Below are positions 1 through 13,600 of a stretch of 64,000 nucleotides of DNA, one piece after another (the stretch's first letter is position 1; the number at the start of each line of letters is the position of its first letter). The position numbers and the translations under genes were made by a program. The DNA comes from Fimbriosthenelais zetlandica. Its lineage: Eukaryota. The stretch lies in assembly GCA_977030845.1 (NCBI GenBank), contig OZ365114.1, positions 15,500,001-15,564,000 of the forward strand. Reading direction: 5' to 3'. Below the pieces are notes generated by a model. The model did not search any database. It was not told the DNA's origin and saw nothing but the letters and a program-made list of their open reading frames with translations.

Positions 1-3000
1 TGCCACCCGAGGTGTACCGTACTATCGGCCTCTGAACTTGTTGGGAGTTTTTTCCTCCATAAATCGTCTAATTGGACCTCAGTATACATATAGACATTAT
101 GCAAACTATCTGATCCGCCATTAAAGCAGACCAGGAGATAATGAGAGATAAGTAGGAAGTAGGATAAGCTTGCTCGAACAAGGGGATGGCATGATAATAT
201 TATGTATAGAGGCACTGAGTTCCTGCAGGGAGGTTGGTTGGTCATGCATACTAGGGCTGATAGAATATAGTCGCAAAAAAGTGTTTAAGACAACGTCCAT
301 GTGATAAAGATGTTTAATTTTGTAGAAGAAAACTTGTCAAATAATGAATCAGTGGCTTAATAGTTAAACATGCACCAACCAGAAACAGTTCTGAGTCATG
401 AATGCTCAAAATTTCGCTTGGAGTGAATTTTAATTGACAGAGGGCTTAACCCCGACTTATACAAAGAACCTGATAAATCCGAACCCACTTGCAATCTAAT
501 TGGGTTCATAAACTCCAATTTATCAAAATGATGGGGGTATATGGACCAGTGATCTGTCTTCATATGGGTCATTGACCTATAGACATTCTATTAAACTGAA
601 GCAAAACATATGTCATGTTGATCTGTGGGGCACTCATATATTTCAACAGAGCATTGGACGTCAATTTGTCTTAATACCAAGGATCTAGAATTAAACTCTC
701 ATCTGTTCTGATATTCCTCACATCAACCTCCACCAAATACAGTGGGAAATTCTCTGTCAGATATAAGTTGGAGAAAAGGGAGAGCTTTGCTTTTTGATAT
801 GCCAGGAGAATCCCTCCTGCCATCTAGCGTGGAATACCAACTACACGCCTCGGCCTAGCTATCCTGGGAATTCTATTCCTTCAGGATGCCTCTCGTATTT
901 ACTGCCACAAAAAGCCGGCCCTCTTCTCACTTCATCATTCTTCTCTGGCGCCCCCTTGTGGTTTTTTCCTCTGACTTACGATCTCCAAGCGAGGCTCCCT
1001 CGTGACGTATCATACCACTGACCAATCAACCTTGCCTACACATCCACCTGCAGGATTGCTGTGGCAGCACTATTTTGTGCTTCAAATGATATCATTTTTC
1101 AAATTTGGTTAGCTATGTATATGCAATCAGTTTAATTCAACTGCTGTATATATCAGAAGTCCTTGCTGGGCACCTTGCACTTTCCGAGGTGGTAATGGGT
1201 TGGGTTGGGTAGCTCCCAGTCCTAGCATGTATAGGTCCATAGGTCAATCTGAGTTTCTCGCCCGACCAATACCCAATGCCTGCTCGCAGCTTTTGCTGAT
1301 TCGATCCCTGTGCTTAACATGTTTGTTGATGTCATTACCTGCGCGTGCTGCTCATCTGCTCATTGAGCCTGCCTGGGGTTAAGTGAGCTGCTCACGCGGG
1401 CGCCACCAGCTGGCCATGCTGGGAGTCAATGTTAACACTGTCTGCCAGCAAGAATCCAATCCACCAGCTCCCATCTCCATACATCTAAAGAGACAGGTCC
1501 TAGGTCTCTCTTCTCGGGTCAATGCGGCCTTAAATTCTCCCTATCCCCAGATTGTTTCCTTCGATATGGGCTTTTTCATTTATCTGCCTGAGAGAAAGCC
1601 CATGCCCGCCCGTTTATTCCATTCCATTCCCTCCACTGTTTCCAGCTGAAGCGGTTAAAAGATTCCATGCCACGTATGCCTGTCACAAGGGGAGTGTTGG
1701 TGCCTGGCTTGTAAACGAGTGTAATCTGCATCTGTCTATTTGGTTCAATACTCGCGAGAGCCAGAGGCGAGCGTGAATGGAAATGAGATGCAGTGATAAA
1801 CAGGTGTATAAATATACAGTAGGTCTCTAAACAAGCCCACCACGCTTGAGAAGAACACTAAAAACTCTTCCTTTACAAAGATACACTCATTGCTCTCTGT
1901 TTGTCAAAGCTAAATAAGCTACTGAAAACAGTGATGAAATAAAGTTACAGTTTCCCCCCAAGGAACACGCATTTCTTTCGCAGCCATCACTGCTCTTCCA
2001 CGGCATTGTTCAATTTGTAACTCTAAAAGGGCTTTCTATTTCCCTATTTATTACACTCTTTTTTTCGTAGGAGTACTTTTAGAATTATAGCCAACCGCTA
2101 CATGGTCAATTTCAAGAGAGAACCAAGTGAGGCAGCGCAGGACACTGCAGAGCTACTGTAATAGGTGGGGACTTGGCAGCTATATCTCAAATAAACCACC
2201 TTCTCCTTGCACACTGGCCAGTTTTTTTGTGCCATAAAATTTTAAGAGCAATCATGGTTTTTGTGCTGTTTTGGCAAGAAATCCAGGGCTAAATGTGGAT
2301 CATGGTCCCATCATGTGGTGTGTGCACCCACAAGCTGCATGGGGAGGACATCAACTGTTACAATGACTATCTGCATCAAATGCACCATTGCTTTCCTATT
2401 TTCTGATGAACAAAACAAGATGCTGTTATTTCATGGCAGAGTGAGCAGGACTTTGCTTTTGCTCTTCATATATATGTTCACTGTATTCAGAAACATTGCT
2501 GTATTTAGGAACACAATCATTATGATTACTAATAATGGTTATGTGAGCAGCAAACAGTATGAGACCTATAGATGCATGATGTCTCATACGCAGTAAGAAG
2601 GATATCATTTGGCCTTCGCCCATAGAGAATTGTTCTTGCACAACCTGTTATAAATTACAAATAACAAATTACAGATTGGCCTAATAGATCCTAATTGAAA
2701 TTTATTGACCATAAACATTCGTCAGTAGTGTCATTTAATCATCACCTTTTCCATTGATTCCGTTTATTATAGTGTTAATGTGTTCAGTCAGAGCCAGGAA
2801 TAGGCAATGGACATGAATAAAGTTAATATGTATGGAGTCATATTATCAACATTTTGCAATGGCAGTTATGTATAATGGGCATGAGGATATTTCCTTTCTC
2901 CGTATTTAGTGAATTCAATGTAATATCATCCATGGAGATTAATAAACATTTAAAAGCATGAATAAAGATGAGCGCGCGGAAGTAGGGCCGAGAAAGGCGA

Positions 3001-5616
3001 GGAAGGCCAAGGCGTGAAGAACATGAATGGGACAATAAACTTGTTTAATGGATCCCTGGGGCGAACTGCTCCTAGATTGCTCATTTTCCGTCGCCAAGCA
3101 TCTCCAACTATTGTCTCTATTGCTCTCTTGACACTCTGATACATAAGATCATTGATACATGGTAGAATAAACCGTTATCTCTGCTGCTACTCGTGTTTAG
3201 AGTTAGGCGACCAACTCTCATGGAACAATTCTGGGTTTTAACTGTTTATGAACTATATGGGTGGTGTTTGGGGGTACAGTTACATAAGAGCATCTTTGGT
3301 GTCATCCACATATCTTCTCCCGAAAAAAATGGAAGGTACACATTGGAAAATCGTTCTGCTGGGACTACTCTATTAGTTTGCCCGTGGAGTTGATCTCCTC
3401 GCAAGTAGGATCTAATAACATTTTTTGTCCTTTGAGCATTTGGGGTAGGATGATCTCTATTCTATAGCAGTTAGTTCTACTGACCTCCACCTTCTCTCAG
3501 GGCAGCACTAATCTCTTGGTGGTCGTCTCTAGCTGAGTGAGTTGTCCTTGTCATATCAAGCCTGTAGACCGATATGTCGCTTTCTCCATCAGCCTTTTCC
3601 CTCCTCCCTCACTCTCTACATCCACTCTCTCAAATGACTTTATATCCTTCGAAAGCTAGTTTCACTCTATATGGACTAAATTTCAAATTCATTTCAAATT
3701 TTGTATTGCAGAACGCATCCTGGTCCAAAAATTGTTCTCTGAATTATAATGGCATTGCCAAAGTTTGATGTGATTAAGATTGTCTTCTCTATTCCAACAG
3801 GGATTTTTCCATTTAAACTGGGTCAGTTATCTCCATGGGACATCTAGCAGGAAGTGGAGCTAGTAATAAAGTTACCGATACCATACTATTATAGTGGGGA
3901 ATACTGCTGGCTGGAACTTATCAAAATCACTAGTGAGACTAATAAAAATCAACTAAATCCGAGAACTGTTCAGGGAAAAAAAGATGTTGATGGCCATGGG
4001 ATTTCATGGGAGGGTGAATTGGGCTGACAAGTTATTTCCCAGTGTTGACCCCTAATCTGGCTGTTGGTCAAGCAGCGTACGGCCGACTTATCCATCATGC
4101 CCGCCACTGCCCACCCCACAGGTCAAGCATAGACTTTCCACTCTCCCAGACCCTGTTATATATTGCCACGGCAAATTAATTTTTCCACTACATAGATACA
4201 AGATATTTCATAACATGTTGACAGCACAATTTTCTACATCAGATTCCATATATTTTAATTTAACATGACTGGTCGAAATAATCTGTCAAATATATATATG
4301 ATGGTGTAACTTTACGGCCTCATGGGAATCCCTGGAAATGTTTAATATTAACACTAATTTAATGTAGCATCCATGATACATATTGATGAAGCCAAACATT
4401 CCCTATACATTTCCCCTCTTTACCACCCTTACCTGTCCACCCGTCCCATACGTCATGCTTGCCAAATGATGAGAAGAACTACTCCACTACTTCCACCCTT
4501 TCCCCATGATGCATGAAGATGCATGCCTTGCCCTTTCAACACCTCAGATTCTTTACGGTGGCAACCCGGTGTCTTTGAAGGAGAGATTTTGAATGTGAAT
4601 TGTTATTGGCATGTCGGTGTTGTACTTTGATGGAGCAAGCAAGATTGGAATGAGTGAATGAGGAGAGGAGTCTGAGAGGGACTAGTTTAAAGCCATTGAT
4701 TGTTTCTGTCGGGCAAAGAGGCACTAACCTTTACCTAACCCCTTATCTCTCCCCTCTTTCCTTTATTCTTCTCACATCTGCTTACCACCTCTTTGGTGAT
4801 TAATCAAAGGATAGTCAAGCGAGGCGAAAGTTGGGCGAAGAGGTCAGGACCAGGGAATTTACTTCTCTCTTTCTGAACCAGGCATCGTTTCTTCCCTCCC
4901 TTGAGACTGAATATTGTGGGTAGGTTAGGAAGGGATGAAGATCTGATCTGCATTGGAAATCCCTTGGAAATGTCACAGTGTGTTGCCCCCAAGTCAGTCT
5001 AGAGATGAAGACATCTTTTATAAGGTGGCAATGTCGAACTGAAGTTCGGCTCGGGATCTCTTCTCTTTGGTCATCACCATGCGTAAATATGACTCAGAGC
5101 AGTCATCAATCTTCCAATGGTTATTGGAAGAAGTGGTGTCTAGATTTACCTTTTTGTTGAAGAGCAACTCACAAGCTCGAGACGAGCACATCAAGCAACT
5201 TCACATATTGGTCTTTGAAAGCGTTGTGATCAATCATGCCGGCAGTGATTACCACCGGATTTGCTCCCGAGTAAGGATGATTTTCAACACATTTGATCAG
5301 TATTTTGACTGCTTGCTGGGATTTAATAATTGAATGGGAGATTTTATTTTATGGTCTTAGCCTAAGCTGACGGATGGGACGGAAGTTGTTCTGAGAACAT
5401 TCCAATCAATGAGAAACTTGTTTAAAGTTTGTGACCGTGAAAAAAGAGAATGTGTTTTCTTCCAAGGACATGTATAGTTCATGTTATCTTGAATGTGAGG
5501 TATTGAATAATAGTTTAAAATATTGACTACATGTTTTGGTTATAACTACCTGTACACGATTGCTATACTAGTGAAACCTGGAGCCCATTTCATAACAAAA
5601 ATTTGCCATAGACTTA

Positions 5617-5696
5617 CAGTCTGTTCACTCTAAGTTGATCCGAAACTACAGTACATAATTATAGTGGTTTCGGATCAACTTAGAGTGAACAGACTG
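5617..5696. repeat. Perfect 30-bp inverted repeat with a 20-bp spacer; probable Tc1/mariner-type miniature element
   Basis: CAGTCTGTTCACTCTAAGTTGATCCGAAAC (5617-5646) and its exact reverse complement (5667-5696). TA precedes the left arm; the right flank is CA. Confidence 0.9.
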
Positions 5697-6604
5697 CAGT
5701 ATTGCTAATTTTTCTAGTAAGGTTTATCCGTGTGATTGGAGTAAATTGAACAAAAATCTTTGATATGCCTGTAAATGTACCCCAGGACCAAAGGAATACT
5801 GATGTATGGGATGTAACTTAGGTGCATACATATAACGTTTTTTTAACTTCAAATGGAGCCCTGATGTGGAAGTACTTGGTCTAAAAGTGACTGAACGATG
5901 TGGGCGATATGTAATGACTTTGGGGATGTCGGGACGTACCTTTTGTTCAAGCACAGTTCCTGGGGTTGTGTCAGACCAATGAGGTTGGACTCCATTGCAT
6001 GGAATAATACCGTCATTTCTTCAGGGGTTAAAATTGACTTCAAAAGTTCAACATGAGCAATCGAGCAGTGGGCTAGACAATGGATCTCATCAGTGCTTCA
6101 CAGAGTGCAAATTGTCCAATTGACCTTCATGGCATTGTTTAGGAAAGCACTGTGAATAACCCAGTTCTTCTGAGACAAATGATATTTTAAAACCTAAAAG
6201 CTGAAATTTTCTACTGAATCAAGTTTTACTTTAATTTTTAAAGCAAAAAACAAATCAAATCCACCGTACCCCATTTTGGGTTTAATTATAGATCCAATTG
6301 AGTTTGCCACCACTCTCTCCAAGTATCGGAAATTATTCTCCAATTCATCAGAGCCTCTGGGATGAATCGATTAAATAGTGTCGGGGAGCCTGCCTGGTTC
6401 ACTTTCACTTTATATTTTTACGGCCTCTTTTCTTGATCGATCTTCCAATCTCAACTTCTCATTTCTGTCAACAATGAAGTAACGACCTTTTGTGAACATG
6501 GAGCTGAACAAAATAAAGTGAATAAACTGCTCCGAAATTGGAGAGATCGATCGAGGCTAAGGCGTATTAGAATGACATGTTTCGTTCATGGGCACACGCT
6601 CTCA

Positions 6605-6740
6605 GCGATTGGTAATTAATACAGGGCCGTGCAACCACTTCCCGCCAGGTCCCTGCAGATCACGTGAGATCTCGTGACTTGTGTGAGAACACATCACTCA
6701 CTAGCTATAAAAGACCTGGATTGAGTCCCTTCAGTTTCCT
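6605..6740 (+). promoter_or_regulatory. Candidate RNA polymerase II core promoter
   Basis: Inverted CCAAT (ATTGG 6608-6612), E-box TCACGTGA (6660-6667), TATAAAAG (6706-6713) and Inr-like TCAGTT (6731-6736). The A at 6733 is 27 nt after the TATA start. Confidence 0.5.
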
Positions 6741-7269
6741 TACGCTCCTGACATTTCATGCCTGATGATCATAGTTCAGAAATCAAATAACCCATGTGGC
6801 TCAACTTGGGGAAAATACAAGCAAGGCTCAGCAATTCCAACAGAGGGAAACCCTGTCATTAATATTTCATGGCAGACATTGAGAGAAAAGTACAAAATGG
6901 CTACCTGGCATGTGTTGGATCTCTGAATGCAGTATTAATACCTTGACTAATATCACATTTGCCGTCAATTTACATGAAAAGAATCTTTGTATTCGAGGCT
7001 TGCCGAGAGATCTAAATTGTCTGAATAGGATTTTGTTTTTACTTTTAGATTTCACTGTTGTATTACTTCAATTCAGAAAGGCATTACAGTGTACATAGAA
7101 ACATTTTCGTAAATGTTGACCTTTCTACACCTTTGACAAAAAGAACTGTAGCAAACAACTTGAAGAATAAAACGAGGACACATATTTTCCACAATCTTCA
7201 ACAGTCTGTGTAGTATTGTTGATGAGGGTTGGAACAGGTCACATTTACTCTAAATCTTTTAAGGATATG

Positions 7270-8210
7270 GCAGCAAATTTTATCTCAAGTTTCTCTTGGG
7301 AGATACAGCAGTATCTAAGCATCATTTTGGTCTCATTTGCTGTTATTTCAATGAGCCTTTCCTTATTCAAGGGACTGCAAAGGAGGTTGAATTGTTGGGG
7401 TTTTTTCATCTCCGTACAACAATGTGCATGGCATTTTCCCATCAGTGCATTTAATACCACTCTCCTCCTTTTTGTATCCTGCAACCCAAAAGCTTGGCGA
7501 ACTAAAGTAATTTTTCAGGAGCTGGGCCTTGCTGCATTAAATAATCTCCAAATTGTGAAATTTGCAGAAGTTTCCTAAATGAAATGATAGAACGAAATAG
7601 GGGGATTTCAAGACAGAGCCCGACAACCTGGCTTTATGTCTGTCTGATGATTGTTATGCACTTGAGGGGAATTGAATGTGATGTCACATATCAAACAGAT
7701 AAATACAATCTGTTGGAATGAGGACATTATAGGCTGACAACCCCATCATATTGAATGCACTGGGCAACTTCAAAGCGTGATAATATTGGAAGCTAGCCTG
7801 TTTAATGGGAGTATTCGTCGGGATATGAATACACTGTTGATCGGGCGAGGTAATCACGATAGGGAGCGCCCCCTGTTTCAATGCAAGCGCCTGCAGGGAG
7901 CAATCATTTAGCTCGGAACTCTGTTTTTTATCCTTCCACAGCACTATCCTTATGGGAGTCATTTCTCTCTGCATAAGGTCTGTGAATTAGGCAAGGCACA
8001 GACAAGCAAGAAAACCACCTGAACACGAATACATGGCATATTCAGTGTTGGCTTTATTGAAAGCATCAAAACACACTGTATCTCCATTTAACAGTACACA
8101 ACATTGTTTTGTTAGGTGCTTATGTACACACATTTTCCATGTGTAACTTTCAGACCTGGCCAGAAACCCACTGTGGGTAATTACTACAGTGTTTATAAAT
8201 GACACTCTGC
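7270..8210 (-). mobile_element. Possible decayed CR1/L2-like LINE ORF2 relic
   Basis: Minus strand, in order: HSGFLARSES (cf. QSGFR..HST), VCFDAFNKA (cf. VFLD.SKAFD), LWKDKKQ..LN (cf. YL.DRKQ.V.IN), KQG, a YPDE (cf. YADD) and ITANETKMML (cf. LN..KTK.ML). Confidence 0.35.
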
Positions 8211-9697
8211 AGCCTGATTAGCTCAAGCTACAGCTGCCTTGTTTTCCCCCAAAAGTGTGAGCTGCTCGACTAAATACATTTGTGCCAGTCTGTGTCTATA
8301 TAGGCTGCGCCTTTGATTCATTGGTTAGGTAACTGTAACATCCAAATATATGGATCTTTTCCTACTTTCACGGCTTCTGATCAAAGAATGGGGATGGGGT
8401 TATGCTAAGTATTGCCAGTGCAGTAATGGAATTGATCCAATTGCAACCTCATTAAACCGAAGTTCAAAAGACGAGTGTTATGCCCCCACCTCCCAGATTT
8501 TCAGACTAAAAACAAAAATCTCAGTCTGAATGCCCAGGTGTCTGAACACCCACCTTTGCCCGCGGGGTGGGGTTGGGGAGCACTTTTATATCATAGAGTA
8601 TCACAGCAGTGAACTATAGGGTGTAATTTTTAAAAGGACATGTGCCACAAAAGTTGTTACTCCACCTTAAGGTACACTGGAAATGAAGTTAATTCCAAAC
8701 AATTTTATTCCTGACTGCATAACAAGTTCATAGATATGAAATCTATTCGTCTAGCATTTTCTCAGTTTTTCTTGAAGGATGATTGACATGTAAATTGAAC
8801 ATTCAAGCTTTCTTATCAATGTGCACTCATTTTGTTCAGTACCTTGTTCCGTGCCACACAGAGAGCCCTTCCTCGACACACAAGCAAAGGCTTCACTGAT
8901 CTCTTTTACTGCTGCCAACTGGTTATTTGTAGGATTATACAGTGGGAATCAAATAAAAATAATATTTCCGGCTTCATTTGTTCATCAGTTGCTGACATGA
9001 TGTTGCCCGATGAGAGAATCAGGATTTGATACTTTCAGTATGAATAAATTGATTGCTAACTGGAGGAAAAATGTTTGTGGTGCACCCAAGATTTGGTGGT
9101 CGATAGTCCTGAATGACATGCGGAAAAACAATCACGTTGATCCCAGGCAAGGCCTTGTTATCTTCAAGCGAAGAATAAATGTTAACTAATGACAAGGCGG
9201 ACAGCCACCCATTCTTTTCTTTCGAACCCATTTACATGCGGAAAATTAACTCCTGACTCTGAAATAACGTAACATCCAATTACTCATAAAACAAGCACTT
9301 TAGTGCAGCGCATTTCAAATGGTAGGCCGGCTGCTTCGTGATTTCTTCGCAAATATTTTCATCCATCAATCATCCTGAAATTTGAAAGAAAAAAAACGAT
9401 TATCTCTTTGGGAAAAGGGATGGTGCTTGATTCAGATGATTTTAGATTGCATATTCTACTGGAATTTACGAATGAAATGCAGTAATATAAAATTGTCTGT
9501 TATAAAAGCAAAGTCTCCTTTAGATTTTATATTGTTAATAGGATTTCTCAATATTTCCTCTTCATCAAATTTAGATCGATTTGAGCTAAATCAAATGCGT
9601 GGAGGGAGTATCGCTAGGTTGCTCCTTATGGTCTGGTTTGGAGGAAGACCCATGTACAGGGGTCACTTGAGGGCTTGATTGGAATGCTTCTGTCTAT

Positions 9698-9819
9698 AGG
9701 GCACAGATCTGATTTTTCCTCATATGATTTTTCCTATATACATGTATATATGTTGGCCTAAAGGACTGGGTTTCTGGGGGCGTGGAACCCCTCTAGTTCA
9801 CCCCCTGGATCTGTGCCTG
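9698..9819. mobile_element. Degenerate MITE with GGCACAGATC termini (Harbinger/Tourist-like)
   Basis: The left end reads agGGCACAGATCtg. The right end cccctgGATCTGTGCCtg is the inverted copy. No clean target-site duplication. Confidence 0.45.
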
Positions 9820-12800
9820 GTAGGGTGTGCATGAAGGAGATGGGTCTTTAGTTGGTTTGGTGCTGGAACAACAATCAACCATGCATAACTCGATTTGTGG
9901 CAAGCCATACAATCTTCAGAGCCTGCAGACAGTGAGTAACACGATTATGAGAGTATCACTCGTTCCTCCTGTGCCTCTAGTTACTCGAGTGATTAGCCCA
10001 TGAGTCCTTTTCCACTGAATAAGCCATTATCAAGTGAGGCCAGGCATTCTGACTGAGGGAGCTGCTGGCTATCTATATGGGACTTATTCTTATAATATGC
10101 CATCGATCCTGTCATCACGGCAGTTTTTCCTCCCCTCGGTGATATTTAAGTCAAGTTCTCCTCAGTCGTTTTATCAAAGGAACGATGGCTCAGGAAGGAT
10201 GTACTTGGTATTTGTGGGGTTCCATGATGATCATCTACATTTCTAGAAAAAAAACATATACCCGAGTTCACTGTAAATAAAATCCTTTTATGCTGAAAAA
10301 AATGTCTTCTTTTTCTTGCGCTTCATGCTCATGCACTATATGTCTGGTGCTGCTCAGCACATCATGACTAGAATCTTCAATCTTTTGCATTTTAACCGTG
10401 GAGTCTAGATTTTATCGTCTTATGAAAGACGATCCAGTCCCCTTTCCAGCTGATATTGAACCACCTTTGACAGTATTGGTATGAGTGGAAGAAACCCAGA
10501 ACTTTGCATCTTCCAGGCAGCAGTCAATGTCTGAGCTAGTTGACACTCCCCTAAATGACATAGTTGTTTTTAGTTTGTATTCAGACTGAAGAACTGAGTA
10601 TTCCCTACTTACACTATAGTGTGATTTCAAGCAATGGATTTTCTTTCTTTTCTTTTCCGTTTTTACTTTCCTCCCAAAAGCTTTTCGCCTTTTATTCTGT
10701 CTGCAAAGGTACATCATTTGAAAAAGCTGTACTCTCCAATCAATGGTTAGAGCAATGCCAAAAACCTTTTCCATTACAGCCTATGCATTGTGGGGTTAGC
10801 CAGGGACATTAACGAACAGGAAAAAGTAGCCTTTCCGTGTCCACCAATAAATGTTTCTGCTGTTCCAATTGAGTTGATCGTGTGACGGTGAATTTTCCGG
10901 GAATCCCGGGGAAAACCTAATAAGATGGAAACAGCCTGAAACCGGGGGAAGCTGAAATCCAAGGCTAAGGTACTGTGGTGGTGATGATGGATGGCTCCAT
11001 TATCCTATTATCATCTTGACCACAGCACGCTGTCCCCCATTCCAAAGTCCTGATTGGGTCGCGCCAGATGAAAGAGTGAGTGGATGGGGGACGTAGTTGA
11101 GCTAGGGGAAAAAAGGGTCTTCTGATTCTTCTGTCAACCTTTGGAGAGGTGGAGAGGGAGTGGGAGGGGAAAGGCGAGTATAGTGTATGGGGAATGGAAG
11201 GGCGGGATCTGCCCGCTATAATATGGATCATGACAGAAAGGATATGTGAGGTTTATTACAATCTATGGCCACATTGTGACCTCCATACAAAAGCTAACCC
11301 GGGGGAACTGGCAGCTCACGGACCAGACTAAATTTCAGGCTATTGCAGCGGGATATGCTGGATGCCACTCACTCTTTGCAAAAAGCAATAGATCAATGCA
11401 GGCCCATATGAAAAGCTCCGTTCGTGGAGTTAAAAGCTGTATTTGGTAAAAGATAATATTGCCCGGGAAAAATATTTCAGGGAGATCATCTGATGCCTGG
11501 TCAATAATAAAATGGTATTTGTGTACATTAATCTTCTCAGTTATGGACATCTTTTAACATCCATTGAGCTCTACTCTCCGAAGTCGTTCTCCTTCTCTCT
11601 GTTTCATCATTTGGGGATACTTTAATTTGTGATCAATAATTTCTAGAGCAAAGCCAATATTAATGTTGGTTCTGTTATTAGTCCAGTTGGGAGACTACAT
11701 ACTTTACTATTGAAGGCCTGACAATTGGTAAACTTAAATAGCCGAAATTGTCAATGGTTGAAATCTTGGATTTTTTTAAATTCAGAAAATCATTTTATGA
11801 TCGTTATTTTTGACATCACCATTAAAGGAAGGTCCCACTCATACTCTGCTCAAATTCAAGATGACCGCCATTATTTTGGGTCATTATTGACACCTTGTCT
11901 GTTTTTCCAAAGTTCTGCTGTTGAGTTATGCGCCCCCTAAAAAATGCATCTTTCACACATCCACACCCATGCGATAATCTAATGAAGCTTGCAGATCTGC
12001 CAATGCTTTTCAAATGTAAGTATTCAATTAAATGATTTCGGATCATGAAAATTGTTGTTTGCATGGTCTCCCCGATGTTACGGTGAACTGTGGCTATATT
12101 TATGGGAATTGAACATCCATAACAGTCTCTCTTGGGACTAGTCTATATTAAATATTGAGAGGTATTGGTTGAGATGCCTTCATCAACATAGAAATAGAAG
12201 GTCATGCTTTCAATGATCACAAAGCCCGAGTGAGGCATCTCGTTCAGTCATTGGAAGCGCAGCTCAATTCAAAGTCTTATCAAGCTAATCCCATTACCTA
12301 TATTGCTGGCACCATTATATGGATAATGATATATGACACAGCCACTGCGGTTTATCTCCCAAACAAGACATTTCTGTGTCAGACTGTCCCTTGGGCATTG
12401 ATATTCAATTCCGTGCAATAATCTCGGTTAACGCATACATGTATGCTTAATGTTCTCACGTCCTGCCTGCTTGTGTCATGTCCATTACCTCAGAATAATA
12501 ATCCAAGTTCCCCCAAGTGTGTAACAGATAAACAAAGTAAATTAAATAAAAGTTAGTTCCCCTGAAAACCAGTCCTGCATTATTCAGAAAACATTAACTC
12601 AGAGGTTTTAGGACTATAACTTTGAATTGTGCAGAAAATACTTTTAGCTTTTGATGATAAATAATGATGGATGTGCATGAGGACCGAGAACTAAAGGTCC
12701 TATTTATATTGAAAGCATGTTTATCTCTCACGTAATGAATGATAGATTTATCCATGATTGATTCCAATGGAACATGACCAAAGTTGAAGTACGGAATTCC

Positions 12801-13149
12801 AGAAGCACACAGAATGAAAGTTACAACATGGATCATGCAATGTTGCAATTCTTTCCCCTGGGACTCGTCAACAAAAGCTTTACGTGAGAGACTATCCTAT
12901 GCTTTTTTAACAGTCTGCATATGAAATATGGGGAGAAGAAGGTCCCAGCATCACGTTGATAGTAGGGAAGAACATAAACACTGATTAATGTGATTAAGAG
13001 CAGTTACTAGCCTGGCTGTATCAGTGTGGAAGCCATCACTGCTCGTCATATTTTATGTAGACTGCCTGATTGGAGCACAATGTTCAGTAATGAACTGGGA
13101 TGATGAGTCGGAATGCATGTCCTTACAAATGGTACACAACCTAAGTTTA

Positions 13150-13600
13150 TATTGAAGCTGCCATTTAGCATATGTCTACCTTATCATGAAACTTATCAGC
13201 CATAGGACATGTTCTGCTGAAGCTGACATATTCCCCATACCTTATCATAGCGACAAAACAGCATGATTGCTATATTTTATCAAAGATATGAGGCATGTCG
13301 GTCAATAAAAAGATGTACAAATTAAGAGAAATTGGTGATATCCATGAACACATTCTGTTGAGGGAGATGTCAATTCCTGACTTTTGCCAATTCTTGACTT
13401 TTGCCTTGTGATTCTTGTAATATATCAATTGACGCACTTGCAGATGGTCTTGTAGACAAGCTCCACTTGCAAGAATCACTGCAAGAATCACAAGGCAATG
13501 ATCCCGGGTAGGTACCCGATTAAGGTACCAAGCCATTTGTGATATCTACTAGATATACATGACTTGCAATTGTTGCGAATGTTCATACTCGTGTTGTCCA
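13150..13600 (-). mobile_element. Decayed non-LTR (RTE-like) reverse transcriptase relic
   Basis: Minus strand: EHSQQLQVMYI (cf. EHNQPLY.CFID), LIYYKNHKAKVK (cf. LY.NQ.AKV) and SPISLNLYI (cf. SPLLFNLYI), followed by a frameshifted YADD-like tatggctgataa. Confidence 0.5.

Noticed and set aside
4950-5330. Minus-strand frames resembling the N-terminus of a Penelope-like ORF (HWKIDDCSESYLRMVM).
   Set aside because: The similarity is too weak to support without a profile search.
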